From the NCBI GenBank assembly GCA_964444505.1, contig CAYUHF010000006.1:600-64599 (forward strand): a stretch of 64,000 nt of DNA, written 5' to 3'. Shown piece after piece: positions 1 through 9,370 of this stretch (positions are counted from its first letter, which is position 1; each line of letters starts with the position of its first letter). The translations under genes were made by a program, and so were the position numbers. Source of the stretch: an uncultured Methanosarcinales archaeon (lineage in GTDB: Archaea; Nanobdellota; Nanobdellia; Woesearchaeales; JAGVZT01). Below the pieces are notes generated by a model. It had not been told where the DNA came from. It saw only the letters and a program-made list of their open reading frames with translations, and ran no database searches.

Positions 1-484
1 CCCAGCAGACCATAGTGATAAGCGCATACACAACACCCTTGGCCATATTTTTTATATTAAGTTTCAAAAGATCATTGTATTTAAAAGATACCAGAATAGT
101 ACCGATAATTACCAAGAAAACAGCAACCCCCTGGATCTGACTCAAACTCTCATTTAAAAAAATAATACTCAAGACAACAGTAATCATAGAAGCACTTGAA
201 GCAATAGGACTGATAATAGAAAGATCACCAATCTCAAGCCCTTTGTAAAAAAAATTCATAGCAATAAACAACAGAACAGATGAAATAAATGCATAAACCA
301 GTACATTTACATTAAAAACAGGCATCTTGAAAAAAGGCATTAAAGCCAAAAACAATCCGATAAAAATAATCTGTGACCAGAGCAAAGGCCTGAAATACCC
401 GATTTTTTTTGAAACAACGCCACTTATATAATCAGAAAAACCCCATCCAAGCATTGCAATTATACCAAATAAAAGTTCATTCAT
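1..484 (-). CDS. EamA/DMT-family transporter, N-terminal part (gene runs off the left edge)
   Basis: Not in the ORF track (no stop inside the window). Manual reverse translation from ATG at 484 gives MNELLFGIIAMLGWGFSDYISGVVSKKIGYFRPLLWSQIIF..., open to position 1. Successive hydrophobic helices and a ...IIFLNESLSQIQGVAVFLVIIG... segment are typical of EamA repeats. Confidence 0.55.
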   Translation of the reverse strand, partial: MNELLFGIIAMLGWGFSDYISGVVSKKIGYFRPLLWSQIIFIGLFLALMPFFKMPVFNVNVLVYAFISSVLLFIAMNFFYKGLEIGDLSIISPIASSASMITVVLSIIFLNESLSQIQGVAVFLVIIGTILVSFKYNDLLKLNIKNMAKGVVYALITMVCW

Positions 485-538
485 AATATTCAAAACAAAA
501 AACAACTATAAAAAGGTTTGCCAGTAAATTTCCCCAAA

Positions 539-1189
539 CTACAAATATGTGCCCATCACCAGATCAATGGGTTTTTCTTCAACATCCATTTCAAGTTTTT
601 CAAAAGCAGGCCAGCCGCTAGCTACAATTTTACCATCGGATACAATCTGTATCATTCCTTGTCCAAAATAGCGTGGATCTTCACCCACTGTGTCTGCAAA
701 TTCAAATGCTTCAACCAGAGGTAAAAATTCAAACAAAGCCCTTTCAGTTGCTCTTTTGTATTGTCCGCATGAAAAATAAGCATCAAAACAGAGGTTGTGA
801 GGCATCTCCTGAGTAAGTTGTACTGAAAAAAAATTAACAGAAGTAACCACACCACTACAATCAACAGCGACCACCAATCCTCTATAGCCATTATTAGAAT
901 ATCCCTGCACTCGGTTTGTACTTGCTGACATATATGATCTTTCAAGTATACCTTTAACATTTCCAGCCAAATAATGTGATTCTCCCTGGAAATTATCACT
1001 ATGTGTATTGAATTTTCCTCTCATAAATAAGAGTGTATCATCTGCCATATCAGAATGAACTATTTTTTTTTGGACTATCCCTGACAAATATCCATCCAAT
1101 AAAGTAATGTCTGCATCTATTCCCTGATCAAAAACCATGTCTAAACATAATTCAGCTGTACTGAAGTAACTGGCATCTTCCATGACCAC
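539..1189 (-). CDS. hypothetical cytoplasmic protein (216 aa)
   Basis: Long ORF with non-repetitive composition. Weak resemblance to Ntn-hydrolase/PurO-like folds, not convincing. Confidence 0.4.
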   Translation of the reverse strand: MVMEDASYFSTAELCLDMVFDQGIDADITLLDGYLSGIVQKKIVHSDMADDTLLFMRGKFNTHSDNFQGESHYLAGNVKGILERSYMSASTNRVQGYSNNGYRGLVVAVDCSGVVTSVNFFSVQLTQEMPHNLCFDAYFSCGQYKRATERALFEFLPLVEAFEFADTVGEDPRYFGQGMIQIVSDGKIVASGWPAFEKLEMDVEEKPIDLVMGTYL

Positions 1190-1312
1190 TAAACAATAGT
1201 ACTGATATTTATAATTTTCCTAAAACCCAAAAACTAAATAAATTTTTTACCAAAATATCCCAAACTATTATGGCTGCAAATTAAAAGAAAGTAATAAAAA
1301 AATTAGAAAAGA

Positions 1313-2881
1313 TTATTTGACCAGTCTTGCAACCAATAGAATGATTACAAGTAGGATTGCTATATTTGCCAAAACAAGACCAGCAATATACAGGTTCTGT
1401 CTTGTCAAAAATTCATCCTCAGGTTCAGGCTCAATGTCATCATCAGGCTCATCAGGGCCAATGACAACAACATCGTCATCATCCTCATCATCCTGGTCAG
1501 CGTCATCCTGGTCGTCTTGATCATCCTGATCATCGTCATCATCAGTCTGGCACTCTTCGACTGTCAGGACAATATTCTCTGCATCAGAAACATCCTCATC
1601 ATCAAAATCATCCAAATCAAAGTAAGAATACACCCTGATAGGATATGTTCCAGATGAAATATCGCTCATGACATTTACAGGGAAGTTGAATGTATCAGAA
1701 TCTCCCTCATCAAGGTCAATGTCAATCTCCTGGTGATATACACCAAGTTCGCTGTTTGTAACTTCCAGCACGATTTCATCCGAGTCACGAGTTCCTGAGT
1801 TTGTTAGCCTTACCTCAAGTGTTGTTGTTCTGTCGCACCCAATGGTTGATTGTCTCAAGTTAAGGTTGGATATTCGTATATCTTCTCTTTCCTTGTCAAC
1901 TTCCATCTCAAGATTCCAGACAATTCTGTGCTCATGTCCTTCTTCGTCCTCGCCTTCTATTGTGATTATCACTTCATGAGTACCATCGTCAATATCTTCA
2001 GGCACAGTACCAAGGTCAATTGTGATTGTCTCTTCATCATCATAGCCAATGTCAACACGATCACTATCCCAGTCCTCATCATCATTGTCTTCCCATTCAA
2101 TCACTTCAATGTTGACTTCAACATCTTCTATGTCGATTTCTTCTTCGTCTTCATCTCCTGAGTAAAGGTTCTCCACCACCAATTCAAACTCTAAGGAGTC
2201 ACCAACTTCTACATCAAATGAATCTCCATCATCCAATTCATCATCATCTCCATTGATGATAACATTAAGCTCATCTATCCTCATAGCAAGAACATCAATA
2301 CTAAAGCTCTGAATATCAGTAAGTACACCATCAGAAACCTCAACTTCAACATCATTTGCATTAATGCTTCCACCTTCCGGCTCCCAAGTGATTCTACCAT
2401 TAGAGTCAATCTCCATACCAACAGGAGCCTCCAATAGAGTGTATGTTAGCGTGTCATCATCAGGGTCATCTGCTTCAACATCATAAACATAGTCTTCATA
2501 AACAATTGCATCCTCTTCAGGGCTGCTTGTTATCTGAGGAGCTCTGTTCACATTTGAGACAGTGACAATAGTTGTCTTAGTGTCAGTAGAATTGTCATCC
2601 TTTGCAGTGAAGTTTATTTCATAAACCCCTGCATCATCGTAACCAGGTCTCCAGGAAAAAATACCTGCTGTCTGGTTTCTCTGGGTAAACTCCCAGTCAC
2701 CTCTGGAGCTTGTAAGAACATTAGTACCATTATCTGGCAATGTTGCAGTTATCTCAAACTCCAAAACCTGATTCTCTTGAACGCTCTCTGTTGCAGGTAC
2801 TGTTAAAACAGGATCTGCAGAAACAAAGCTTAGACACAGAACTACAAGAATCAGTCCAAAAATAAGTCTATTCAGTTTCAT
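1313..2881 (-). CDS. secreted, C-terminally membrane-anchored, extremely acidic surface protein with cadherin-like/Ig-like repeats
   Basis: N-terminal signal peptide (MKLNRLIFGLILVVLCLSFVSA). NRAPQITSSP...DDPDDDTLTYTL...GMEIDSNGRITWEP is a cadherin-like beta-sandwich signature. Long D/E tracts and a C-terminal TM helix (IAGLVLANIAILLVIILLV). GGAGGT Shine-Dalgarno 7 nt upstream of the ATG. Confidence 0.7.
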   Translation of the reverse strand: MKLNRLIFGLILVVLCLSFVSADPVLTVPATESVQENQVLEFEITATLPDNGTNVLTSSRGDWEFTQRNQTAGIFSWRPGYDDAGVYEINFTAKDDNSTDTKTTIVTVSNVNRAPQITSSPEEDAIVYEDYVYDVEADDPDDDTLTYTLLEAPVGMEIDSNGRITWEPEGGSINANDVEVEVSDGVLTDIQSFSIDVLAMRIDELNVIINGDDDELDDGDSFDVEVGDSLEFELVVENLYSGDEDEEEIDIEDVEVNIEVIEWEDNDDEDWDSDRVDIGYDDEETITIDLGTVPEDIDDGTHEVIITIEGEDEEGHEHRIVWNLEMEVDKEREDIRISNLNLRQSTIGCDRTTTLEVRLTNSGTRDSDEIVLEVTNSELGVYHQEIDIDLDEGDSDTFNFPVNVMSDISSGTYPIRVYSYFDLDDFDDEDVSDAENIVLTVEECQTDDDDDQDDQDDQDDADQDDEDDDDVVVIGPDEPDDDIEPEPEDEFLTRQNLYIAGLVLANIAILLVIILLVARLVK

Positions 2882-3005
2882 TTTTTAACCTCCTATCAAA
2901 TTTGATTATTAAGTCAATACAGTTATTTAGTCCTATTAAGTGGTATTTAAATCTTTCGAAAAATAATACCAAAAAAATAAATACAGGCATTAGAAAATAA
3001 AACAC

Positions 3006-4025
3006 ATGGGGGGAAGAGCACCTTTGTATATATTATCTACACGCTCAGGTGTTGAACTGTCCCAAAGAATATGCAGGTTTCTCAAAGTTAGATTCAATAG
3101 AATAAATGTTATCGATTTCAGCTGTGGAGAGTTTAAGACAGTCCTTCCTGAGTCTGTAAGGGGAAAAGACGTATTTCTTGTGTCCTGCGCATTGGATAAC
3201 AAGCGCAATATAAGCATAGAAAGCAATGTAATGGAAACCTTAATGATAATTGACACACTAAAAAACTGTCATGCAAACAGCATAACCCTTGTAATACCAT
3301 GCCTGCCTTATGCAAGACAGGACAAGAGATACGGCAGGGAACCAAGCACAGCACTACTCCTTGCAAAAATGATCGGGTGCTCAGGAGCTGACGCAGTAAT
3401 AACATACGACTTGCATGCAAGTCAGATAAAATGCTATTTTGAGGCGGTGAACATACTCCCAGACCATCTATATGCAACAAAGATATTTCTTAGTTATATT
3501 AAAAGAAACCATGTTCTAAATGATGTAATAGTAGTTCCACCAGATCCAGGAGCTGTTAAAAGAGCTCTCCTTTATTCAAAAATGCTTTTTCCAAATCAAA
3601 ACCGGGCAGAAGTCCAGTCAAGAGTAGTGTTTACTGCAAAAAAAAGATCACTAAAACAACCAAACAAGATAGATTTCATCAAATTGCTTGGAGATGTAAA
3701 AGGAAAAACAGTGATGGTGGTAGATGACATGGTTGATACAGGAGGTACTGTAAGTGCCATAATAGAAGCCATAAACAAAAAAGGAGCAGAAAAGACAATA
3801 TTATGCGCAACACATGCAATATTAAGTGGACCTGCAAAATATAGACTGGATGACTTGTACAAGCATGGCAAACTGGATGAATTCCTGACAACGGACACTG
3901 TACCTCAAAAAGAAGATTACCTTAAGAAAAGAAAGTGGTTCAAACAGCTCAGCATAGCTAAAATGACAGCAGAGATAATAAGAAGAATAAACAACAATGA
4001 ACCAACAAGCAGCCTTTATACGTAA
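3006..4025 (+). CDS. prs: ribose-phosphate pyrophosphokinase (PRPP synthetase)
   Basis: Motifs VIPCLPYARQDKR and MVVDDMVDTGGT (PRPP-binding loop); length 339 aa. Confidence 0.9.
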   Translation: MGGRAPLYILSTRSGVELSQRICRFLKVRFNRINVIDFSCGEFKTVLPESVRGKDVFLVSCALDNKRNISIESNVMETLMIIDTLKNCHANSITLVIPCLPYARQDKRYGREPSTALLLAKMIGCSGADAVITYDLHASQIKCYFEAVNILPDHLYATKIFLSYIKRNHVLNDVIVVPPDPGAVKRALLYSKMLFPNQNRAEVQSRVVFTAKKRSLKQPNKIDFIKLLGDVKGKTVMVVDDMVDTGGTVSAIIEAINKKGAEKTILCATHAILSGPAKYRLDDLYKHGKLDEFLTTDTVPQKEDYLKKRKWFKQLSIAKMTAEIIRRINNNEPTSSLYT

Positions 4026-4084
4026 CCACTAATTAGTTACAAATTTCCGAAAAATATATAAATGGGATTGAAATACCTTCTTTT

Positions 4085-4468
4085 ATGGAATTATACATGA
4101 CAATATTGGGACTAGGACTTGATGAATCAGATCCATTGTATGGATGCCAAGAAGCTGCAACTTTTATCACTGGAACAGATTCACCTCAGCAATTGGCTGA
4201 ACAAGATCCCAATTACCATAAAGAATATCATGCTGTTCAAGCATTTCGCATACCAGATACGCCAGGATTTAGAGCAGAATACGCAGGAAGAATTCTATTG
4301 GAGGATATTTCTGGACATATTGGAGACCTTGTCCAAAGAGAAGGTCCAATTAAATCTGCTGGAGATAAAGTATCCTGTGTTTTTAAATCTGGAAATAAAT
4401 TCCCGCTAAAAAGTATTTGCTCGGTAATGTCTGATTTATATAATGCGCAAGAGATTGAAATTCCTTAG
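4085..4468 (+). CDS. hypothetical protein (127 aa)
   Basis: ORF only; no recognisable motif. Confidence 0.3.
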   Translation: MELYMTILGLGLDESDPLYGCQEAATFITGTDSPQQLAEQDPNYHKEYHAVQAFRIPDTPGFRAEYAGRILLEDISGHIGDLVQREGPIKSAGDKVSCVFKSGNKFPLKSICSVMSDLYNAQEIEIP

Positions 4469-5886
4469 ACAACAATCCTTAATCTATTCGAGTATATTAT
4501 TCTTTGAGCCGCTGCAGTGTATTTAAGGACAGCAGCAGGAAGATTAAATGAACCAATGATTGTCAATCTTGCCTTTGCCTTGTACCTTATAATTCTCTCT
4601 TCACCAGGCTCCATCTCGCCCAAGTTCCATTTAATCAGTGTTCCCTTATGCTCGTGAGTAGAAATTCTTTCAGGCTCAGGTGTACCTACAGAGAACTTTC
4701 TAACAACGTGAAGAATGCTAGGTACAGAATCAACCATCCAAACATCTTTAACATGAGCTGATTTATTTTTTACTGTAAGAATTACTTGAATTCCTGTTAT
4801 TCCACCATCTCTTTCCTTTATTACCTCTGCACTCTTATCAACCGACACAGAGCTTTTAAGTAGTCTGTGACCAACAAGCAGCGCAAGCATAATAACTGCA
4901 ATAAACAGTAAAGGTCTATAGTCTGTGGTGATCTGAATACTCTGAGATTCATGCGGGTCAAGGTTAACCTGCCAACCTAAAGACAAACCACCATCTCTGA
5001 TTAATCGAGCATCAGGCTCTGTTTTTGTAAAAAGTCTGTCTATTTTTGATATGGGCTTTTTTATTAGCTCACCTTTACCATGATTACCTATATTTTGATA
5101 AGAGTAAGTGGTTTTTTTAAGAAAGAATTCTTCATGCTCCTCAGTTGTTTCCTCTAGTTCTGCATAAGCCATTATCTGATAATTCTTCTCAATTGATACC
5201 AAAGTGACATTGTTTCTTCTCAATTTTATGCTGAGAGTATCTGTTGCTGGTTTCTGAAGATCATCAAAATCCTGTGTAAATGATAATTCTCTTGTCTTCC
5301 TTGGCCCCAATGGAATGTTTTGATATTTAGAGAATAGTTCAGATTCAATAATAACCTCAAGATCTGTAATGTTCAGTGGGTTGTGATTTTTTATGAAAAG
5401 TCTTATGTTCATTGGTTTTCTTGGATCTACTACAGCAGGAACCTCTGCAGTTGCAGAGACAACAGCTGAATATTCTACATCAGTAAATTGAGGACCATAA
5501 CCAATAGTCATCCTGGCAGAACCCTTCTGATCTGTATTAATAGACTCAACAATCAATGCAAAAACATACTGGTTAAAAGGAACATTTGCTGCTGGTGATG
5601 GTCTTGCTTTTACTAAGAAGTTTGCGGATTCACCAACCTGTAAGTCAAATCTAGACAATTTGTAGGTCAACGGATCAGTTAATATAGTCCATTCAACATC
5701 TTCTGAGAATCTCAGTCTAAATCTGTCATCATGATTAAGATTGTTTGTGACAGTAACATTAAATAAAGCAGTATCACCTGTTGTAATTGTATTCTTTATT
5801 GTATCTATCTCAACGTCAATCTGGGCAAAACAAAAACTCACACTAAGAACAAATATAATGGCCCAAATAAACCCCTTTTCCCTCAA
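4465..5886 (-). CDS. secreted/membrane-anchored surface protein (COG1470/NEW3-like beta-sandwich architecture)
   Basis: Signal peptide (FIWAIIFVLSVSFCFAQ), long beta-rich ectodomain, one TM helix (LLFIAVIMLALLVGHRLL), then a ~120-aa tail. Confidence 0.6.
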   Translation of the reverse strand: MREKGFIWAIIFVLSVSFCFAQIDVEIDTIKNTITTGDTALFNVTVTNNLNHDDRFRLRFSEDVEWTILTDPLTYKLSRFDLQVGESANFLVKARPSPAANVPFNQYVFALIVESINTDQKGSARMTIGYGPQFTDVEYSAVVSATAEVPAVVDPRKPMNIRLFIKNHNPLNITDLEVIIESELFSKYQNIPLGPRKTRELSFTQDFDDLQKPATDTLSIKLRRNNVTLVSIEKNYQIMAYAELEETTEEHEEFFLKKTTYSYQNIGNHGKGELIKKPISKIDRLFTKTEPDARLIRDGGLSLGWQVNLDPHESQSIQITTDYRPLLFIAVIMLALLVGHRLLKSSVSVDKSAEVIKERDGGITGIQVILTVKNKSAHVKDVWMVDSVPSILHVVRKFSVGTPEPERISTHEHKGTLIKWNLGEMEPGEERIIRYKAKARLTIIGSFNLPAAVLKYTAAAQRIIYSNRLRIVV

Positions 5887-6089
5887 ATTCTATCACCCAC
5901 TGCCTTTTGTTTGACGATTTGTATTTAAATAATTTTCTATAAAGTTGACTTCATCCCGGATTATACAGTCAATATTCCAAAAAGAAAATTAGGCGCAAAG
6001 ATAGTTGGAAGAACCACAGTGTATAACGCACGGGCTAAGAAGAAGATTCGTAAGATAGAGATAAAGTTAGCTTTTTCATATGTAATCCG

Positions 6090-6668
6090 CTAAATCGCCT
6101 GCAGCACAGCAGTTAGAAGAATGCAAACTACACCTGCAAAAGTCATTTTAAGACTTGACTTTATAATATTCTCTTCTGATACTTTTCCAAGAAAAACACC
6201 CAGCAAACCAAGAACCAAAAATGAAAGCATTATGGAAATATAGTAAGCAAACTCAACAGGTATAAAAATGAATGGTACGATAATTAATAGACCCGAAAGA
6301 AAAGGGCTAATACCGTTAATTAAAGCAACAATAATTGCTGCAAAGTTCTCTGCCTTTTGTATCTGAGTATGCTTTAGACTGGTGAGGGTTGATCTTTCTA
6401 TTTCCAGTAGTTTTTTTCTTCTTTCTGCTTTCTCTGTGAAATATGTAGCCCATGTCCCGCTTACGCCCATTGCAATACAAGCTCCAAAACCTGTAAGTAA
6501 AACAACTCTTGCATCTGTAACACCTGAGAAGTAACTTCCCATAAGAACCCCAATAACAGTTAGAATTCCATCAAATGAGTTATTTGCAAATACTCTTCTC
6601 GCAATCTCGCTGAAGTTTGATATTTTATCATATTTTCTTATATTTTCAAGAAGTTTATTTATATTCAT
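6090..6668 (-). CDS. VIT1/CCC1-family (DUF125) membrane protein, putative Fe/Mn transporter
   Basis: Pattern ...FDGILTVIGVLMGS...GFGACIAMGVSGTWATYFTEKAERRK... followed by C-terminal TM helices. Confidence 0.7.
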   Translation of the reverse strand: MNINKLLENIRKYDKISNFSEIARRVFANNSFDGILTVIGVLMGSYFSGVTDARVVLLTGFGACIAMGVSGTWATYFTEKAERRKKLLEIERSTLTSLKHTQIQKAENFAAIIVALINGISPFLSGLLIIVPFIFIPVEFAYYISIMLSFLVLGLLGVFLGKVSEENIIKSSLKMTFAGVVCILLTAVLQAI

Positions 6669-6973
6669 AATGAATTATTCTGGTGATTATCCTGGTGTGT
6701 GTCAACTTCTTCTACAATTTCGTCTCCAGCTCCTACCTTATCAATACTGTGAACTGCTGCACCAAGATCCTCGATTGTATCTCTCACTTTTTCAAAAACA
6801 ATATCCTTTCCCTTAATTGTAACCTTTACATTCTCAACTTTGCTGTCAATCTCATACACAGAAACATCTACCCCATCAACACCATCAAGCTCACTAAGAT
6901 TAGAAGCCAAATCTAGAATAGACGGTTGATGTGGCTTTAAAATGTCCAAAACAATTAGTCTGATTTTGCCCAA
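6665..6973 (-). CDS. DUF211-family protein (archaeal COG1888)
   Basis: IRLIVLDILKPHQPSILDLASNLSELDGVDGVDVSVYEID..VENVKVTIKG is characteristic. Stop overlaps the start of the VIT gene, a known gene pairing. Confidence 0.7.
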   Translation of the reverse strand: MGKIRLIVLDILKPHQPSILDLASNLSELDGVDGVDVSVYEIDSKVENVKVTIKGKDIVFEKVRDTIEDLGAAVHSIDKVGAGDEIVEEVDTHQDNHQNNSL

Positions 6974-7288
6974 TTAACTCACTAACCAAAAGGGTGCATT
7001 TGCAAGTATAAAAATGTTGCGGTCTCACTTTTTGAATATTCTGCAAACAGCACATGTTTTAGAAATAAGAATAGAATTAATTCAGATATTATAGTATATG
7101 CAATCCAATATATAATTTCCAACACATATATCGTGTAATATGGTTAATGATGTCACTAAAAATATTAATAAATGATAGAATATTATTATCACTTATATGC
7201 TATAAACTTTTTATCAGTGACAATATATTGCGCTAATTTATTATTGGCCAAACGACTAAAACATACTATCATTGTGCATAGTTTATGA

Positions 7289-8101
7289 CTATAGAATATC
7301 AAGAGGACTATCAATTGTTTTGAGTTCTTCAGTAGAAACCTTTGTATAAATCTGGGTTGTCTGAAGATTAGAATGACCGAGGAGCACCTGTATCTGCCTT
7401 ATGCCAACACCTGACTCAAGCAAATGAGTTGCAAAACAGTGTCTTAATGTATGTGGCGACACCTTTTTATCAATCCCCGCGCTTAAAGCAGCTCTTTTCA
7501 CAATACTTTGAACATTCCTTGTTGTCATAGAACCATCAAAGCCATCAAAAACAAAAGAACTAGACTTCTTATCCTTAACAAATACCTTAAGCTTTGCTGA
7601 TAGTTTTTTTGACAGAATAAATAGCCTGTCCTTTCCACCTTTACCGCCCCTAACCCATCCATGATTTTCATCAAGTTCCAGATCTCCCACTTTAAGCTTT
7701 ACAAGCTCTGATACCCTCAATCCAGATGAGTATAGCATTTCCAGCATAAGCTGACTTTTTCTGGTCTGAGCTGAATCTATAAGTTCTCTAACTTCCCCTT
7801 TTCTTAATACAACAGGCAGCTTTTTAGAAACCTTTGCAGATTTAAAATTAACAATATCTTTTCCAAGAACTTCATCATAGAAAAACTTAAGAGCAGATCT
7901 TGCAATATTAACTGTAGAAGAAGAATAATCAGACATCATATTGCCAATATATTTTTTTAGATCTTTTTCAGAAACTTTCCCGGGATTTTTATCACAATAG
8001 TCCAAAAAGCGCATGTTATGATACAAGTAAGTTTTAAAAGTGTTCTCACTGTATCCTCTTAGCCTCAATTCGGTTTTCAGCTCTTCTAATTGCGATTCCA
8101 T
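7289..8101 (-). CDS. xerA: tyrosine recombinase, XerA/XerC/XerD-like
   Basis: Catalytic signature SGLRVSEL (Arg), HTLRHCFATHLL (His-x-x-Arg), LLGHSNLQTTQIYTKV (His, Tyr). 270 aa, the size of archaeal XerA. GAGGTG Shine-Dalgarno upstream. Confidence 0.85.
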   Translation of the reverse strand: MESQLEELKTELRLRGYSENTFKTYLYHNMRFLDYCDKNPGKVSEKDLKKYIGNMMSDYSSSTVNIARSALKFFYDEVLGKDIVNFKSAKVSKKLPVVLRKGEVRELIDSAQTRKSQLMLEMLYSSGLRVSELVKLKVGDLELDENHGWVRGGKGGKDRLFILSKKLSAKLKVFVKDKKSSSFVFDGFDGSMTTRNVQSIVKRAALSAGIDKKVSPHTLRHCFATHLLESGVGIRQIQVLLGHSNLQTTQIYTKVSTEELKTIDSPLDIL

Positions 8102-8159
8102 GATTTACACCTCAAAACATAGGGTTTTTTAGCAAGAAAAGCCCTAAAAACAAATCAAA

Positions 8160-8189
8160 ATATTCGTATAATGTACCTTATACGAACAT
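8160..8189. other. candidate Xer recombination (dif-like) site or xerA operator
   Basis: ATATTCGTATAA-TGTACC-TTATACGAACAT: perfect 9-bp inverted arms (12 bp with one mismatch) around a 6-bp spacer, 59 bp upstream of the xerA ATG. The centre resembles E. coli dif (..GCGCATAA TGTATA TTATGTT..). Confidence 0.35.
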
Positions 8190-8219
8190 TTATATAAATC
8201 TTTTGAAAAATAGTATTTT

Positions 8220-8641
8220 TTAGGGTATATGATGATTACTTTCCCATGTATCCAGTAATCCAGCCCAACTTACAGATGTTGGTTCCCAAATCACCACTCC
8301 AAGAAGTGATTGTTTTGGATCTTTTTTAAATCTGTATGTAATTCCTTGATTATCCAGTTCATTTCCATTATATACTACTATTGCACCTTGCTCTGCAACT
8401 ATTGGTGGAGCCATGTAAGGTAACTGATGCATTTTTTCAACAAATAGGTATTTTTCTGTAAAGCCAACAAATGTTCACTTTTTTGTCCAATTAGACCAAT
8501 GGTAATCCCATAATTAAGAATTTCATCTATTGAAGGTCTATCAATGCTTCTAAAGACATAATCCTCATCTGATGAAGGTATATCTATTGCTTGCGCTACT
8601 AAGTCTCTTAATTCAAGATAAAGTAAATCTGCTGTGGAGGC
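8220..8641 (-). pseudogene. frameshifted, start-less gene remnant
   Basis: A start-less open frame 8399-8641 (ASTADLLYLELRDLVAQAIDIPSSDEDYVFRSIDRPSIDEILNYGITIGLIGQK...) overlaps ORF 8220-8432 in another frame. The switch coincides with a 6-nt homopolymer run (8433-8438). Confidence 0.3.
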
Positions 8642-8766
8642 TCACCCTGCCTGTGTGGTATTTATGGCTCCACTTTTGAAAGCGGATTTACAGACTTGAA
8701 AATCTCGCCTCAAAGAGATTTTCAAATAATCATCCACTGTATGATTGATTCTTACAGCAGGTATCA

Positions 8767-8952
8767 TCAATATATCTTTGCTGCTACTTTTTTCTCTAGT
8801 TGCTCTACACGTCTTCTAAGAGCCAAAATCTCAGCATCCATGTTTTTCTGGTTCTGGTTAAGAAATACAATCCATTCAGTAAGATTCTTTTTCAACTTGT
8901 TCATGTCTTCCTTAACTTTTCCGAAACTATTTATCACATTTTGCTTAAACAT
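8767..8952 (-). CDS. small coiled-coil protein (61 aa)
   Basis: The internal Met of the 132-aa track ORF is preceded by GGGGTGG Shine-Dalgarno. Product: MFKQNVINSFGKVKEDMNKLKKNL...ILALRRRVEQLEKKVAAKIY. The upstream part of the track ORF is AT-rich promoter-like sequence. Confidence 0.5.
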   Translation of the reverse strand: MFKQNVINSFGKVKEDMNKLKKNLTEWIVFLNQNQKNMDAEILALRRRVEQLEKKVAAKIY

Positions 8953-9262
8953 ATAACCACCCCATGTGTTAATACTATGAAGTAGTATGCTATATCTATA
9001 TAAATCTTTCGGTAATGCAAAAAGATATAAACTTTTAATTAATGCTATAAAAATATAAGCGTATTGTACTCCACAAATATAACTTACATGATACATGTTA
9101 TCCCTCAATATTAATAATAAACATATATTACAGTAAATAATAATAACATACATAATACAGTACATTGTAAAGCGCTGCCTTATAAATAGATTTGAAAAGT
9201 GAGAGTTAAATCCCTATTTTTTTGCAGAAAATATATAAACTAGTTTTTTAAAAGTATTAACA

Positions 9263-9370
9263 ATGCCAAAAAAATACAAGCTATTTAGAAAATGCAAGGG
9301 TTGTGGAAAAAAGTTTGAGGTAAAACACAAACTGCGCTTGTATTGTGATGAATGCCGGAAGAACAAATGA
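9263..9370 (+). CDS. 35-aa zinc-ribbon protein
   Basis: Below the track size cutoff. MPKKYKLFRKCKGCGKKFEVKHKLRLYCDECRKNK has CxxC...CxxC. Its stop overlaps the next start (ATGA). Confidence 0.5.
   Translation: MPKKYKLFRKCKGCGKKFEVKHKLRLYCDECRKNK

Noticed and set aside
5938-6093. 51-codon open frame (..KLGAKIVGRTTVYNARAKKKIRKIEIKLAFSYVIR*) between the surface-protein gene and the VIT gene
   Set aside because: The only start codon is a GTG leaving 24 aa, and the stop overlaps the convergent VIT gene. It cannot be supported as a gene.
7081-7109. A second dif-like sequence (TTCAGATATTA-TAGTAT-ATGCAATCCAAT) downstream of xerA
   Set aside because: It resembles my recollection of the Pyrococcus dif, but the two arms are poor inverted repeats of each other. 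The region is so AT-rich that this level of match is expected by chance. The 8160-8189 palindrome is much stronger.
8767-9165. Full 132-aa version of the track ORF
   Set aside because: The first 71 codons are Ile/Tyr/Leu-rich AT-rich promoter-like sequence. A Shine-Dalgarno (GGGGTGG) precedes the internal Met at 8952, so only the 61-aa version is reported.
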